Sequence record: SRR31147125_5119
Length of the DNA: 49,221 nucleotides
Strand: one strand, 5' to 3'
Shown here piece after piece: positions 1 to 12,196 of this stretch. Each line of letters opens with the position of its first letter. The stretch's first letter is position 1. The position numbers and the translations under genes are program-made. A model generated the notes under the pieces. That model saw only the letters and a program-made list of their open reading frames with translations. It was not told the origin of the DNA and ran no database searches.

Positions 1-25
1 CTCCCAGCCAGAGACTGGGAGCGAG
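1..25. repeat. REP-like palindrome, probably truncated by the window edge
   Basis: CTCCCAG-ccagaga-CTGGGAG-cgag: 7-bp perfect inverted repeat about 20 nt past the peptidase stop codon; resembles TTCCCA...TGGGAACGAG-type extragenic palindromes. Confidence 0.45.
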
Positions 26-45
26 ATTAATTGGTATACTAAAAC

Positions 46-2834
46 CTACTCATTTACTACCGGCTCGCCTTCCTCATCCACTGTTCCGGCAATGACAGTC
101 ACGATTTTTTCAGGATCAATGTATTTTTTAATAATACCGTTAACCTGTTTCAGGGTTAATGCCTCGACTTTTTTGGGATATTGATCCAGATACTCCACAT
201 CAAAACCTCGTTGAACAAAACTTAGGATTTGATAGGCCAGTCCGCTGGTGGTGGCTAACTGGACTTTATAGGAACCGATCAATGTCGTCTTTTTATTTTT
301 CAGTTCCTCTTCGGTAACCCCTTCGTTTACCCAGCGTCGCACTTCCCGCATGGTGGATTCCATGCCTTGCTGTAGCATGGCCGGAGCAAAACTGCCCTGG
401 ATATTCCAGTATCCATCTGACAAAATATCGCCCTGATGGGCTGAATTGATACCATATGTCAGACCTTCATCGTCACGGATGATAGACATAAGCCGGGCGG
501 AAAAATTACCGCCAAGGATATAATTACCAACGTACAATGGCAGATAATCATTGTCTGTTTTTTTCAGTCCGGTAGCAAGTCCCAGCTTTAAGGTGGCACT
601 GGTTTTCTCTTCCAGTCTGACTACCGATTTTGTACCCGCATTGGTCATGTTAGCTTTCTTGTAGGAAGGAAAGGAAATGCCGCCCTTCCAGCCCTGAAAC
701 GATTTTTTAACGTATTGTTGCACCATATTATTGTCCAGATCTCCAACAGCAACAAAAATCATGGATTTAGGACCATAATGTTTTTTATGAAAAGCCTTGA
801 CCTGGCCAATTGTAACTTTATCGGTGTCTTCTATAAGTCTATCCAGGGAGATGTCATGATTCGGATGGCCGGCCGGAAACATGACGCTTCCCAGTTTTTT
901 GGAAGCGCGGACATTCGTGTTTTCCAACAATTGCTTAAAAGTCCCTTTGCGCTGTGTTTTTAGTTTTTCCAGTTCTTCTTCATCAAGTGCGGGAGCAACA
1001 AGCTGTTCCGCCAGCAGATCAATGACTTTTTCAAGATCTTTTTCAAACATTTTCCAGTAAAGCTCAGGGTATGTTTGCCGACAGAAAAGCTGATGGACGC
1101 GCCCAAATTTTCCAGCTCTTCTGCCAGTTCAAATTTACCTTTGGTTTTTGTCCCTTTGTCCAGCAAATTTCCGGTCAGATCGGCAATCATGGAATTTTCT
1201 TTTGGACTGAAAAAATCGCCTGCTGCCAAGCTGCCTGTAAAGGTAATCACATCTTTGGCGCCTGTTTGGGCAGTGATAACATCAATGTCGGCTATTTTTT
1301 TTCGTTTTATCTGACTTGAAATCGATGCTCCACCGGCTGCGAGCGGTTCATAGTTTAATACACTATTATTTTTTATCACAGCATTATTGTCAAGAGGACT
1401 ATTCATTCCGTTGGTTCGATAGAATAATTTTTGTTGTGGCTGCATCAGCGCATCCGGATTTGCCTGTTTGGAATCATTTCCTCCGGGTATTTCAGGAATA
1501 AAATAACCTGTTGTGCTCTGATCTTCGACAAAATATTTTTTCACCACATCCTGGACATGTTGAGCCGTGACATTGCGAATGTTATCTAAAAAGGTCACAT
1601 AAAATGTCCAGTCTCCCACAGCAATAGCCTCATTTAATTGACTGGCAATTGAAAAAGATCCATCACGATCAAAGGCTGTTTCAGCTGTTATTTGATTGAT
1701 GGCTCGTGTGACTTCTGCTTCAGTCACGCCTTCGTTTTTAATTCTTTCATATTCTTCCAGCAGCACCTTTTCAACCTCCTCGTGATCGACATTGGGTGCC
1801 AGGAATATATAGGGGATAAACAGGCTGGGATCACGAAAGGGAAAATAAAAGTTAAACATGTCTACTGCCAGATTCTTATCGATGAGTGCTTTGTACAGAC
1901 GGCTTGTTTTGCCTTCAGTCAAAATATTGCTGAGCACAGTTAGGGCATAGGTATCCTGGTGAGTTCCTTCGGGTATTTTATGCGCAATTCCAACCACACC
2001 TAATTGTCCGGTTCGTTTAACCACCACTCTGCGGGCGCCCTGCTGTTTTGGCTCGGTTGTGTATACCTGGGGAATCTCATGCGGCGAAGCGGATATGGCA
2101 CCAAAATATTTTTTGATAAGAGCCATGGCATTCGCTTTTTCAAAGTCGCCAATAAGGACAACAGTGGCGTTATTTGGCCAGTAAAACGTATTGTAAAATT
2201 CCTGCAGTTTTTCAATAGGTACGTTTTCAATATCCGAGCGCCAGCCGATGGTAGAATGGTGATAGGGATGTGCCTGTATGGCTGTTGCCCAGATCACTTT
2301 ATCCAGGGCCTGAAAAGGACTGTTTTCACCCCGTTCAAACTCGTTTCGCACAACAGTCATTTCGGAATTTTTATCCTCTTCCTTGAGCAAGGAATTTCGC
2401 ATACGGTCGGATTCCAGGTGTATCGCCAGTTCCAGTTGGTCGCTTGGAATGCTTTCATAATAATTGGTTCGATCCAGCCAGGTCGTGGCATTCAGCTGGG
2501 CCCCTACGTTTTGCAGGGTTGCAGCTATTTGTGTGCCTATTCCCTTGTTAAATGTGGGTGTTCCCTTGAACATCAAATGTTCCAGCAGGTGTGTAGCACC
2601 GGTTGTACCGGTAACCTCATTGCGTGAGCCAACACGATAGGTGACCATAAATGTTAAAACAGGTGTGGAATGATCCTCCAACAGAAGAATGTTCAGGTCA
2701 TTGGAATCCAGTTTGTATTCTTCAATGCCTCCAAGCTCTTTGATTTTTGTAAATCCATCTGGAACGTCATTCGCCATAATGAGAGTGCTAAAGCCAAGGA
2801 GAATCAAAATAAAGGTAAAAGCATTGTTCTTCAT
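46..2834 (-). CDS. Secreted M16 family (pitrilysin/PqqL-like) zinc peptidase, about 929 aa; split by one apparent frameshift
   Basis: Signal peptide; HLLEH (HXXEH) zinc motif; NATTWLDRTNYY; C-terminal half has IRDDEGLTYG (R/Y motif). ORFs 960..2834 and 46..1050 join as TGKCLKKDLEKVIDLL if one base is added to the T5 run at 1039-1043. Confidence 0.93.
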
Positions 2835-2878
2835 TCTCTTTTCCTTTCGTTCTTTAAAAAAGGTTGTTCTTGTATTAG

Positions 2879-2899
2879 ATGTTACAACATTAGTAACAT
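2879..2899. promoter_or_regulatory. Candidate transcription-factor operator upstream of the M16 peptidase
   Basis: Perfect inverted repeat ATGTTAC-N7-GTAACAT about 45 nt upstream of the start codon. Confidence 0.35.
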
Positions 2900-3005
2900 A
2901 ACGTTAAATGCCTCTGTTAAATTTCTTTTTTTGAAAGGTGGATATAAACAGAAAATTGTAAAATTGGGATTTTATGGTGAAAACAGTTAGAGATGAATGG
3001 TTGAT

Positions 3006-3037
3006 TGGATTCCCGCTACAAGTGAGCGGGAATGACA
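3006..3037. repeat. REP-like palindrome (GTCATTCCCG...CGGGAATCCA type)
   Basis: TGGATTCCCGCT-acaagtg-AGCGGGAATGACA; the ATTCCC...GGGAAT core resembles Neisseria dRS3 and related extragenic repeats. Confidence 0.6.
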
Positions 3038-3098
3038 TTTAAGGAGATATAATTATTAAACTATGCAGAAAAAGGATAGTGTTGGGATTGGTTTTCTA

Positions 3099-3133
3099 TG
3101 TGACGGAGATAGTGCAGGCAAATCTCCGTCACA
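3099..3133. repeat. Perfect 12-bp hairpin (REP-like element or mRNA 3' stem)
   Basis: TGTGACGGAGAT-N11-ATCTCCGTCACA, 35 nt past the stop of the 3169..4544 gene; no U-tract on either strand. Confidence 0.5.
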
Positions 3134-3168
3134 ATCGAGTATTAACTATGGCTAGCCTGAAAAAATCA

Positions 3169-4544
3169 CTAAAAGTTGTATCCTAATGAGCAGGAAAGAT
3201 AATCAATGTAATAACTGACTATACCCGATAATTGAAGAGGTAGTTGAACCTCAAGGTCAAAACCGGGACGAAATACATACTTTATGATTGATTCGTTCTC
3301 TTCAATCCATCCATCTGATCCATCCCGGCTAAAAGTCTCGTACCAGCAGTTTGTCCATAAACAATGTTTTTTACCTATAATATGTTCATAGTTATAACGT
3401 GATGCAAATTTTAAATTATGTATACCAAACAATATTCCAGGTTGAATAACCATTTTGTTCTTATAAGTAAAGATAGGTGTTGTTATTTTTGTTTGTATTG
3501 TTTTTAAAGAAAAATCGGTCAATTCTTTTTCAATTGTAATTTGATCTCTTTGATCCGGTTCGAGGTATTTTATATATCTTTTATTATAGAAATGTATTGA
3601 TGATTCTGTTGAATTTAATGCGAATGCGATTGAAAAATTGATATACGAGAAGCGCTGTAGGAATTTATTCAACTGCCATTTATAGCTTCCGGAAAATACG
3701 AATTGAGGAAAGTTGAAATTTTCATTGATGACATAGGTCTTGTTGTCTACAGGGATTTTTGTTACGTTTTCAAAACTGATCGTTTTATTAAATCCAGCGT
3801 ACCCAAATTGTAGAGAATATTTTGGATTTTTTTTGTCAGGTATTTTTGCTCGACCAGCTGCAAAATCCATTTAGTGAATTCCATACCTGTTGAATAATTT
3901 CTCTTATGAGATGTAAAATTGAATAAATGCCAGTTATTGAATAGATCTTTTAAAATATCAGGATGTAGATTAGATGCCCTGGGATTATTTAATAAATTAA
4001 TAAAGTGATCAGTTTTTTCCTTTTCCAATTTATCTCTGAGTTGTTTATAGTTTGTTTCTGAATTATAGGGCATATTCCCGTTGCCTGTGTAATATATGAC
4101 TACAAAATAATGCAATTTGTTTTGATCAATTTCATAAGGCGCCAAAAAGTTATGTTTTTTGGGCGTTGTGAAATGTGTTTTGGTAAATTGATCAAATTGT
4201 TTTATCGCATCTGTTTTGATACTGTACTTCAAGTCCATTTTCTTGATATTATTGATTTGTTCTAGTGCCCACTCTCTTCTTTTCTGCGCCTCTTCACGTT
4301 CCAGTGAACTCTGATAGACAAAAGGTTTTCTACCCTGTAATTGATGGAATTTTAAATAATAATAGATTAATTTGGGATTTAAATTGGCTTTTCGTTCCAA
4401 TTCTTCTGAAATGAGTTCTCGCCTTCCTTCCTTTTGTATTATTTCCTTTGGAATGTGTTTTTGAAACAATTCAAAAAGATCTTTTGCATAAGATTCCGGG
4501 ACGTAAGCAAGTATGGTAAGCAGTAATATCAGCGCATTTCTCAT
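3169..4544 (-). CDS. Hypothetical exported/outer-membrane protein, about 458 aa; split by one apparent frameshift
   Basis: Signal peptide MRNALILLLTILAYVPESYA; C-terminal half has alternating beta-strand pattern ending LGYNF (beta-signal-like). ORFs 3762..4544 and 3169..3870 join (YLTKKNPKYSLQFG) with one base added to the T8 run at 3827-3834. Confidence 0.6.
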
Positions 4545-4712
4545 AACATGGCATCCTTTCTGGAAATTTATGATTACAGTTAATGATTTGCTATCGCAGT
4601 TGGATATTTCGCTGGAACGAAAGTATTAACCACTATACAGGTCAAAATTTTATCAACTCAGTAAATTGGCCGTATAATTATAAAGAGGAAAATTATAAAA
4701 AAAGGTTGGCAA

Positions 4713-4740
4713 GGCTATACAGATTTAGATCTGTATAGCC
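4713..4740 (-). terminator. Probable intrinsic terminator of recQ-thiN
   Basis: GGCTATACAGAT-N4-ATCTGTATAGCC 12-bp stem 23 nt after the thiN stop; a T7 run follows about 9 nt later on the minus strand. Confidence 0.6.
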
Positions 4741-4763
4741 AAGTCAAATTACCCCTACAAAGC

Positions 4764-5414
4764 TTATTGCTGTATGTGAATAACCAATCCCAGCCCCGAT
4801 TGAATTTTAACAGACACTTTTTTACTGCTAAAGCTATTGCTGATCGTATGCGTGCTGCCCATTTTCACCTCGCCATTTTGCATAGGCCATTCAGCCCCTG
4901 TGATGTCGATGCCTTTTAACAGCGTGCAGAGAGGTACCAGGGACAGAGTATCGCCGGATTTCCCTTCCAGCGTTATTTCATCCGGGCCTCGTAATAACCA
5001 GGCGCGTTGATTGTCTTGTACCAGTCCCAGTCTGGCAGACTGCCATTCCGGGCGGGTGAGAAGCATAATGTTCGCCATTTGTTGATCCAGACGACCTCCC
5101 AGGGCGGTGAGAAGTAAAATTTCCTTAGCTCCACGTTTTATGGCAGTTTCCAAAGCTAGTTCGAGGTCGGTCTTGTCTTTTTTTATCGGATGCCGGATAA
5201 TCTCCACTCCTTCTGCCTTCATATCGTTAACGATGCTGTCCGGAAGCGAGTCCATGTCTCCAACAATGACATTGGGGAATATACCCAACTTGAGGGCATT
5301 AAGGGTACCGCCATTGGCGCAGATCACAACGTCTTTTTTCGTTATATATTGTATACACCTTTTTTGTTGGGAAAAATGTCCGTTGGCGAAAATGATTGTT
5401 CTAGACATGAACAC
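4764..5414 (-). CDS. thiN: Thiamine diphosphokinase
   Basis: ANGG, VGDMDS, KDKTDLELA, LGGRLDQ and C-terminal ISN motifs; alternative ATG at 5408. Confidence 0.92.
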   Translation of the reverse strand: MFMSRTIIFANGHFSQQKRCIQYITKKDVVICANGGTLNALKLGIFPNVIVGDMDSLPDSIVNDMKAEGVEIIRHPIKKDKTDLELALETAIKRGAKEILLLTALGGRLDQQMANIMLLTRPEWQSARLGLVQDNQRAWLLRGPDEITLEGKSGDTLSLVPLCTLLKGIDITGAEWPMQNGEVKMGSTHTISNSFSSKKVSVKIQSGLGLVIHIQQ

Positions 5415-5455
5415 GTGCCTTTATCGTTAATAATAATAGGGTGCAATAAGGGATA

Positions 5456-7623
5456 TTAAGACTGGTTTTTACTTAGATAAACGAGTCGCAATACATGAAG
5501 TTCATCATAGCTGATCTCTTCATCCAGAGCTTCATAAACAGGTCTTAGATAATCTGTTCCAAGGCTATTAAATTTATCCAGGACTTTTTCTTGTTGATCG
5601 GCTGAAATTTTTGAAAGTGGCAACAAGCCGTCAGCTTTAATTTTGTATCCTTCCTGAACATATTTTAATAAATGGGCTAAAACCGTACTTTGCTTTATGT
5701 TTAGATCTTTTTGAATTTTATTTATACTCTGACCTGCATTGTATGCTTTGCCTGTTAATATATGTCGTTTTGACTGGGATTGTGTTTTTTTCGCGCACTG
5801 TTTGGGTGCTTTGGCCGCTCCTGTATATGATGTTGACGGCAATATTGACTGATTATTTTTAAAAATATGGGTCCATAATTGGACATTTTAGCACTGCCCA
5901 CGCCATGTATATCCAACAGACTTGTACTGGACAAGGGAAAAAAGGATGCCATTTCCATTAATGTTTTGTCGGGAAAGATAGCATAGGGCGGCACCTGCGC
6001 ATTATTAGCCAATTGTTTTCGTTTTCTCCTCAGCAGCTCAAATAGATCCCTGTCATATTCCAGTTCCAGTTGTCTGTCTTTAGAGTAATCCACAACCTCT
6101 TCCTGTAAAACACCCAGAACTTTATCGCTGCCTTTTAAAACCTCATATGCTTTTTCTGTGAGCTTTAAACTGCCATATTGTGCGTCCTGAAACATAAAGC
6201 CTTTTTGGATGAATTGTCTGGACATATGGGACCACTGTTTTTTAGTATAGTCCTTGCCAATGCCGTAGGTTGACAGCTGGTGATGCTTGAAATCCAGAAT
6301 TTTTTGTGCCTGAGAGCCCCGCAGAACATCGATGATATGGTTGGCGCCAAACATGTTTCCGGTTCGGATAATGCAGGAGAAGAACATTTGCGCCGGAATA
6401 GTAATGTCAACAAGCTCTTTTTCTTCTGCCAGGCAATTATCACACATGTCACATGTGCTTGAATTATACTTTTCGCCAAAATAGTTCAACAATGGAATAC
6501 GACGGCACAATTCGGTTTCAGCAAAGCTAACCAGGGCATTTAAATGAATTTGTGCGACACGTCTTTCCTGTTCTTCTTTTTGGTCCATAAAGTATTTTAT
6601 TTTTTGAATATCTCCATAGCCAAACAACAACAAACAATGTGCTTTTAGTCCATCGCGCCCGGAACGGCCGATTTCCTGATAATAGGATTCAATGTTTTTG
6701 GGCAGATCGTAATGCACAATAAAACGTATATTTGGTTTGTTAATGCCCATACCAAAAGCGATTGTGGCGACGATAATCTGGACATCATCTTTGATAAATA
6801 ATTCCTGATTTAATGCCCGATCCTCACTGGTCAATCCCGCATGATAGGGCTTAACCGAGAATCCTTCATGTTCTAATATGGCAGCCAGTTCGTCCACTTG
6901 TTTGCGGGAGAAACAATAAATAATGCCCGACTGATCGGGAAATTTTTTCAGAAAATTAAGAGTCTGGGAGAGTGGATCGCTTTTCGGAACAATCTGCAAA
7001 AACAGATTTTTTCTGTCGAAACTGGCAATAAATTCGTTGGATGCGTCAAAATCGAGATTTTCGGTGATATCCTTCTGTACCCGGGGTGTTGCTGTGGCTG
7101 TCAGTGCTAAACAGACAGCGTCCGGGAATTTTTTTCTGACATTAACGATTTTGCGGTATTCGGGCCTGAAATCATGGCCCCATTCCGAGATACAGTGAGC
7201 TTCATCAATGGTCAAACAATCGATGCGGATGGATGAGAGCAAAGAAACAATGTTTTCTTTAAGCAGTGTTTCCGGAGCAAGATAAAGCAATTTTACCCCG
7301 TTTTTCCTGACCAGTTCCACGTTGTGATCGTATTCTTCCGGTGATAACGAACTGTTTAAAACAATGGCTTTTATACCCAGTTGGCTTAATTGTTCCACCT
7401 GATCTTTCATCAGTGAAATCAATGGGGAAATAACAACAGTCAGTCCTTTGAAAATAAGGGCTGGAATTTGATAACAAAGAGATTTTCCTCCACCGGTTGG
7501 CATAATAACCAGAGTGTCTTTTTTTTGCAGAACATTTTCAACAATTTCCAGTTGCAGTGGCCTGAATGTATCAAAGCCAAATGTTTCTTTTAGTATAGAT
7601 TTTGCTTGATTTATCATATCCAA
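5456..7623 (-). CDS. recQ: DNA helicase RecQ with RQC, HRDC and C-terminal HTH domains, about 722 aa; split by one apparent frameshift
   Basis: MPTGGGKSLCYQ, DEAHCISEWGHDFRPEY, QEIGRSGRDG, zinc-binding CRR...CDMCDNC, HRDC VPPYAIF. Joins ORF 5456..5842 with one base added to the T7 run at 5785-5791; ATG at 7617 is an alternative start. Confidence 0.95.
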
Positions 7624-8047
7624 ATAAAATGTTTTTTGTGCTGCTATAAGTCAGGGATTAAGATGCTAATCAATTAATTTACTAAAATTTATTTACTTTT
7701 CAAGTGTGATTATTAGCCCCGGGAGTGTCTCGTGGATGGCAAAAGTGCGTTTAAAAGAGAACAAAAATCCGTTTGAAATAATACGTTAATTTTATTCAAA
7801 AATCCAGTGTAAAGTTAAAAAAAGACCTGGAGAATTTAGCGGACACGTACGGCAAAGAAAAATGATATGATGTGGTTTGTAATGTTTAAAAATATGACCT
7901 GAGATGAAACTTTTTTTCTCAATAAAGTAAAATTAGAGGGAAAAATATATTAAACATGGACCTTTCTCAAAAACAAAGGAGAGCAATAGCATCAGAACTT
8001 GAGACAGAACTGAAAGAACACCTTGTTTATTTTCATTGGAGTATTAC

Positions 8048-10416
8048 ATGACAAAAAATGATGCTAAGGCTTTTATCTTTGCTATCCTTATTATTTTTGT
8101 TTTTCTGAATTCAACATATGCGGCTGATTCATCGGATAATGTGTGCCAGGTGACCGGCAGAGTCAAAGATGCGCTCACATTTGCCCCTCTTTTAGAGGCA
8201 AATATTTCCTTTAAAAAAATCGATGTTGGAACATCGACGAAAAGAGATGGTACATATGAAATCTATTTACCTCCCGGAAAATACGAGATTATAATCAGTT
8301 ATATTGGCTACCAGGCTCAGATCCGAAAAATTGTCATTACAAAGAACACCCGACATGTGGTTGAGGATTTTGCGCTAAATCCGGCTGTGTTATCCGGGCA
8401 GGAAATAACAGTGATGGCATCGAGCCCGGAACCCAAAATTGCCCGTTATGAAATGAATGCCGGGGACATGCGACGCATGCCTTCCCCGTTACCGGATGTA
8501 TTACTTTCTCTAAAGACATTACCCGGTGTCTCCTCGCTCAATGATCAGAGTAGTTTGTATAATGTGCGTGGTGGGAATTTTGATGAGAATCTGATCTATA
8601 TTAACGGTGTGGAAATTTATCAGCCTCATCTGGCACGAAAGGGTGTACAGGAAAATCCGTCACTTATAAATCCTTATCTGGTTAAAAAGATGAATCTCAG
8701 AACCGGCGCTTTTCCTGTAACGTATGGCGATAAATTGTCTTCTGTTCTGGATGTGTCCTATTTTGAGGAACTACCCCGTTCGAGTATGCTGGTGGCAGAT
8801 GTGAGTACAATTGGTTTGAATGCATCATATATGAAAAAAATATCCCCAAATACAGTCGCTCTGGTTGGTTTTCGCAAAATTAATTACGGTTACCTTTTTA
8901 ATGCTTTGCAAACGGACGGGGATTATTCACCGGATTTTCAGGATCTGCAGGGTTTAATAAAAACATCTCTTTCAAAAAAATACATTTAACCTTGTTCGGC
9001 CTTTGGGCAGAAAGTCAATACGAGGCGGAACCGACCGAATGGGAATACAAAAATAGAAACGAAGGACTATATAAATCCCTTTTCTCAGGTGCGGAATTGT
9101 TTGATTATACAACACAGCTGGTTTCTGCCAGGGTGGATTATCAGGCACATCAAAAGTTGAAATTAGAGTGGTGGAATTCTTTTTCCAGGCAGAGCGAAAA
9201 TGAAAACACCGATCTGGTTGAAACGGAACTCTATTCTATGGATGTGAGAAAAGATCCAACGGAAAATGATTATGATGACAAAACCACTAAATTAAAAAAA
9301 GTGGATAGTTCATTTGATACGGAAAACTATAGTTCCAGACTGACGATGCTGTGGAATATGTCCACTCTTTTACAATGTAAAGCAGGATTCGAAGTAAAAT
9401 ATTTTGATATTAAGGATCGTTTGTTCGAGTCTGAGAGTGAAGAAAATATATCCGGTGCAATCTATGTAAATCCGTATCGAAATTATCAGCTGGATTCCAA
9501 TCGATCCGGAACGGTTTTAGGTAGATATGTGCAATCCGATTGGTCTCTATCCAGAGATTTTATTCTACAGACCGGGATTCGCTGGACAACATCCAGTCTG
9601 AATGATGAGCAGCTTGTATTACCCAGGATGCAGGCAATCTGGTATGTGTCGGATTTGTCTGAACTCCTGTTTGCTGCGGGTAAATATGCTCAACCACCAA
9701 TATATAAAGAGTTTCAGTTTAGAGAGGGTGATGATTCGGATTTACTGGCACAAAAATCCACACAGGTGACGCTTGGTTATAAAAGAATACTCCGGGAAGA
9801 TTTGTCTCTCAAGGTGGAGGCATTTTACAAAAAACTGACAGATCTTATCTCCTATGATGTCAATGATGTTCAGATCAGGTATTCCGGTGAGAATGATGCC
9901 AAAGGATATGCTTATGGGTTTGATGCCCATTTACGTGGCCGCTTTTTGACAGGGACTGAAAACTGGATTAGTTATAGCTATTTAAAGGCGCGTGAAGATA
10001 TTTTAAATGATAACGTCGGCTATGTTCCCCGACCTTCAGACAGGCGACATTTACTGGCGGTTTATATGGAGGATCGCATGGACCGCTATCCGAATTCACG
10101 ATTTCATATCCGTTTTGTTTATGGATCCGGTTATCCTTTTACATGGCAGCAATGGGTGTATAATGACGATTCGAAAAGTTACGGGTTATTCAAAGGTCAG
10201 CGTAATGCATTGCGGCTGCAATTTTACAGCCGTTTTGATGCCGGATTTACCCAGGAATTTAAACGAGGTGAGAATTTTCGTATTACTTTTCGCCAGGAAG
10301 TGTTGAATGTTTTTAATCATCATAACGTCCTTGGTTACAGTCTGGCCTTTAATCGCAAAGTGGACCAGGCTTTGAGCGGCCGGATATTTAACATAGGCAT
10401 GCAGGTGGAATTTTGA
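8048..10416 (+). CDS. TonB-dependent receptor with N-terminal carboxypeptidase-regulatory-like domain, about 789 aa; split by one apparent frameshift
   Basis: Signal peptide; VTGRVKD...ISYIGY N-domain; plug motif LPGV...YNVRGGNFDENLIYING; barrel ending NVFN...GMQVEF. ORFs join (LSKKIHLTLFGLW) with one A added to the A7 run at 8974-8980; GGAG ribosome-binding site before ATG 8048. Confidence 0.9.
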
Positions 10417-10610
10417 TTCGTGTTTGTAAAGGAACCTTACACAACAAAAGTCACAGAAACATCAATTTGAATTCAAATGACTTGTTCAAACACAAACATT
10501 ATTTTAAAAATTATCTAAAATGACAAAGGCGCAGTATTCTAAGGTTGTTACATGATAAAAATTTAATACAGGAAAAGTTTTGGAGATTAACTGTATAAAT
10601 AAAAAAATTA

Positions 10611-11969
10611 TCAAGCGTTACTTGCATAGTGATCCAACGTGCCTAATTTTTTTAAATTAACATACAAAAACCAAAATGTAAATATGGATGAAAGAATATC
10701 TGCCAATGGGAATGAACTCCAAACACCTGACAAATTGAAAAAATGCGGCAATATGAGTAGCAAAGGTATCAGAAACAATACCTGTCGTGACATGGATAAT
10801 ATAAAAGAGGGCATGGCTTTTCCCAGAGCCTGAAATACGGCTGCACCGATAATTTGGAAATCCACAACAGGGAAGGCTATCACCATTAACCGCATGGCTG
10901 TCACTCCCTGGTTAAGAAGAAGTGCGTCCTGTGAAAATATACTGATGAATAATTTGGGAAGCAGGAGAAAGGCAAAAAAGCCAATTGTTGAAATAATTGT
11001 TGCGCCAATTATGGCAAGTCCGATTACTTTTTTTGTCATCATGAATCTCTTTGCACCAAAATTATACCCTGCAATAGGCTGCAATCCCTGGGCAATACCA
11101 AAGATGGGCATGATGGCAAACATGTGCAAACGTTGAATAATGCCAAAAACCGCAATGGATAATTCTCCGCCATAAAACACCAATGTTCTGTTTAATATAA
11201 TCATCAATATACTGCCTGCTGCCTGACGAACAAAGGCAGAGATGCCGATGGCATATATTTCTTTCTGAATAGAAAAATCGATATGCAGATAATGTACTCT
11301 GAAACGTAAACTGCTTTTAGCGGAAAGAATGTAATAGACAAGATACAGCGCTGTTAATAATTGTGCCAGGACCGTTGCAATAGCTGCGCCCCTCATACCC
11401 AATTTAAATCCAAAAATAAAGATAGGATCCATTACAAGGTTCAAAATAGCAGCGGTGAGCATCGTTGTCATGGCTGTTTTTGCTTTACCTTCGGAACGCA
11501 GCAGGTTATTAAAGGCCATAACAAAACATTGAAAGAGTGATCCAAGGAGAATGATTTGCATGTACTCCCTGGCATAGGGTAATATTTTTTCTGTGGCTCC
11601 AAAACAAATTAACAATGGATCAATAAATAACAGGCCAGCGGTTGTGACCAGTATAGACAAAACAAGTACGGCTGTAATAACATTGCCTTGAGTTTTGCTT
11701 GCTTTTTCAATATTTTTTTCGCCCAAAGTCCGGGAAATGAGGGAGGCCCCACCGATACCTATAGTCTGGGCAAAAGCTGTAATAAGCATTTGAATGGGAA
11801 AAGATATTGTCAATGCTGATATGCCAATGGTTCCCACACTTCTGCCAATAAAGATCGTATCAACAATATTGAATAAAGCCATTACCAGCATGCCTATCAT
11901 AGCCGGGACAGAAAGTTGAACTAAAAGTTTGCCAACGTTTTCGTTGCTGAGTATGTGGTTGTTTTTCAA
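10611..11969 (-). CDS. MATE family efflux transporter (MepA-like)
   Basis: Many hydrophobic segments; NIVDTIFIG, LNLVMDPIFIF, GAAIAT and GYNFGAK motifs; TTG start. Confidence 0.92.
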   Translation of the reverse strand: MKNNHILSNENVGKLLVQLSVPAMIGMLVMALFNIVDTIFIGRSVGTIGISALTISFPIQMLITAFAQTIGIGGASLISRTLGEKNIEKASKTQGNVITAVLVLSILVTTAGLLFIDPLLICFGATEKILPYAREYMQIILLGSLFQCFVMAFNNLLRSEGKAKTAMTTMLTAAILNLVMDPIFIFGFKLGMRGAAIATVLAQLLTALYLVYYILSAKSSLRFRVHYLHIDFSIQKEIYAIGISAFVRQAAGSILMIILNRTLVFYGGELSIAVFGIIQRLHMFAIMPIFGIAQGLQPIAGYNFGAKRFMMTKKVIGLAIIGATIISTIGFFAFLLLPKLFISIFSQDALLLNQGVTAMRLMVIAFPVVDFQIIGAAVFQALGKAMPSFILSMSRQVLFLIPLLLILPHFFNLSGVWSSFPLADILSSIFTFWFLYVNLKKLGTLDHYASNA

Positions 11970-12196
11970 AGTAAAAACCTTTGCTGCTGTTAGATAAGAT
12001 ATAGTATTGCGGATATATCCAATCGAATTGATGCTGGTTTGAATCGTTGTTTTACCAGGTGTTCAAAAAGTGAACTGAAAATCTGAAATTTTATTGATTA
12101 TAAATAAAAAGAAATCGAGCAGAAATGGAAGGGTTGGAAAAGATGGCGTTTGATAACTTTAATTTAGAAAAGTTAGTCACATTTTAATGGAATCTT

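Noticed and set aside
2835-3168. Integron attC site or CRISPR array among the palindromes
   Set aside because: No RYYYAAC...GTTRRRY core pair, no direct repeats with spacers, and no integrase or cas gene.
7711-7835. Cobalamin riboswitch ahead of the TonB receptor (TAAAAGAGAA...AATCCG...AGACCTG fragments)
   Set aside because: The GGGAA-GGTG, CCCC-GC-ACTGT and GCCACTG...GGGAAG core elements and their stems are missing.
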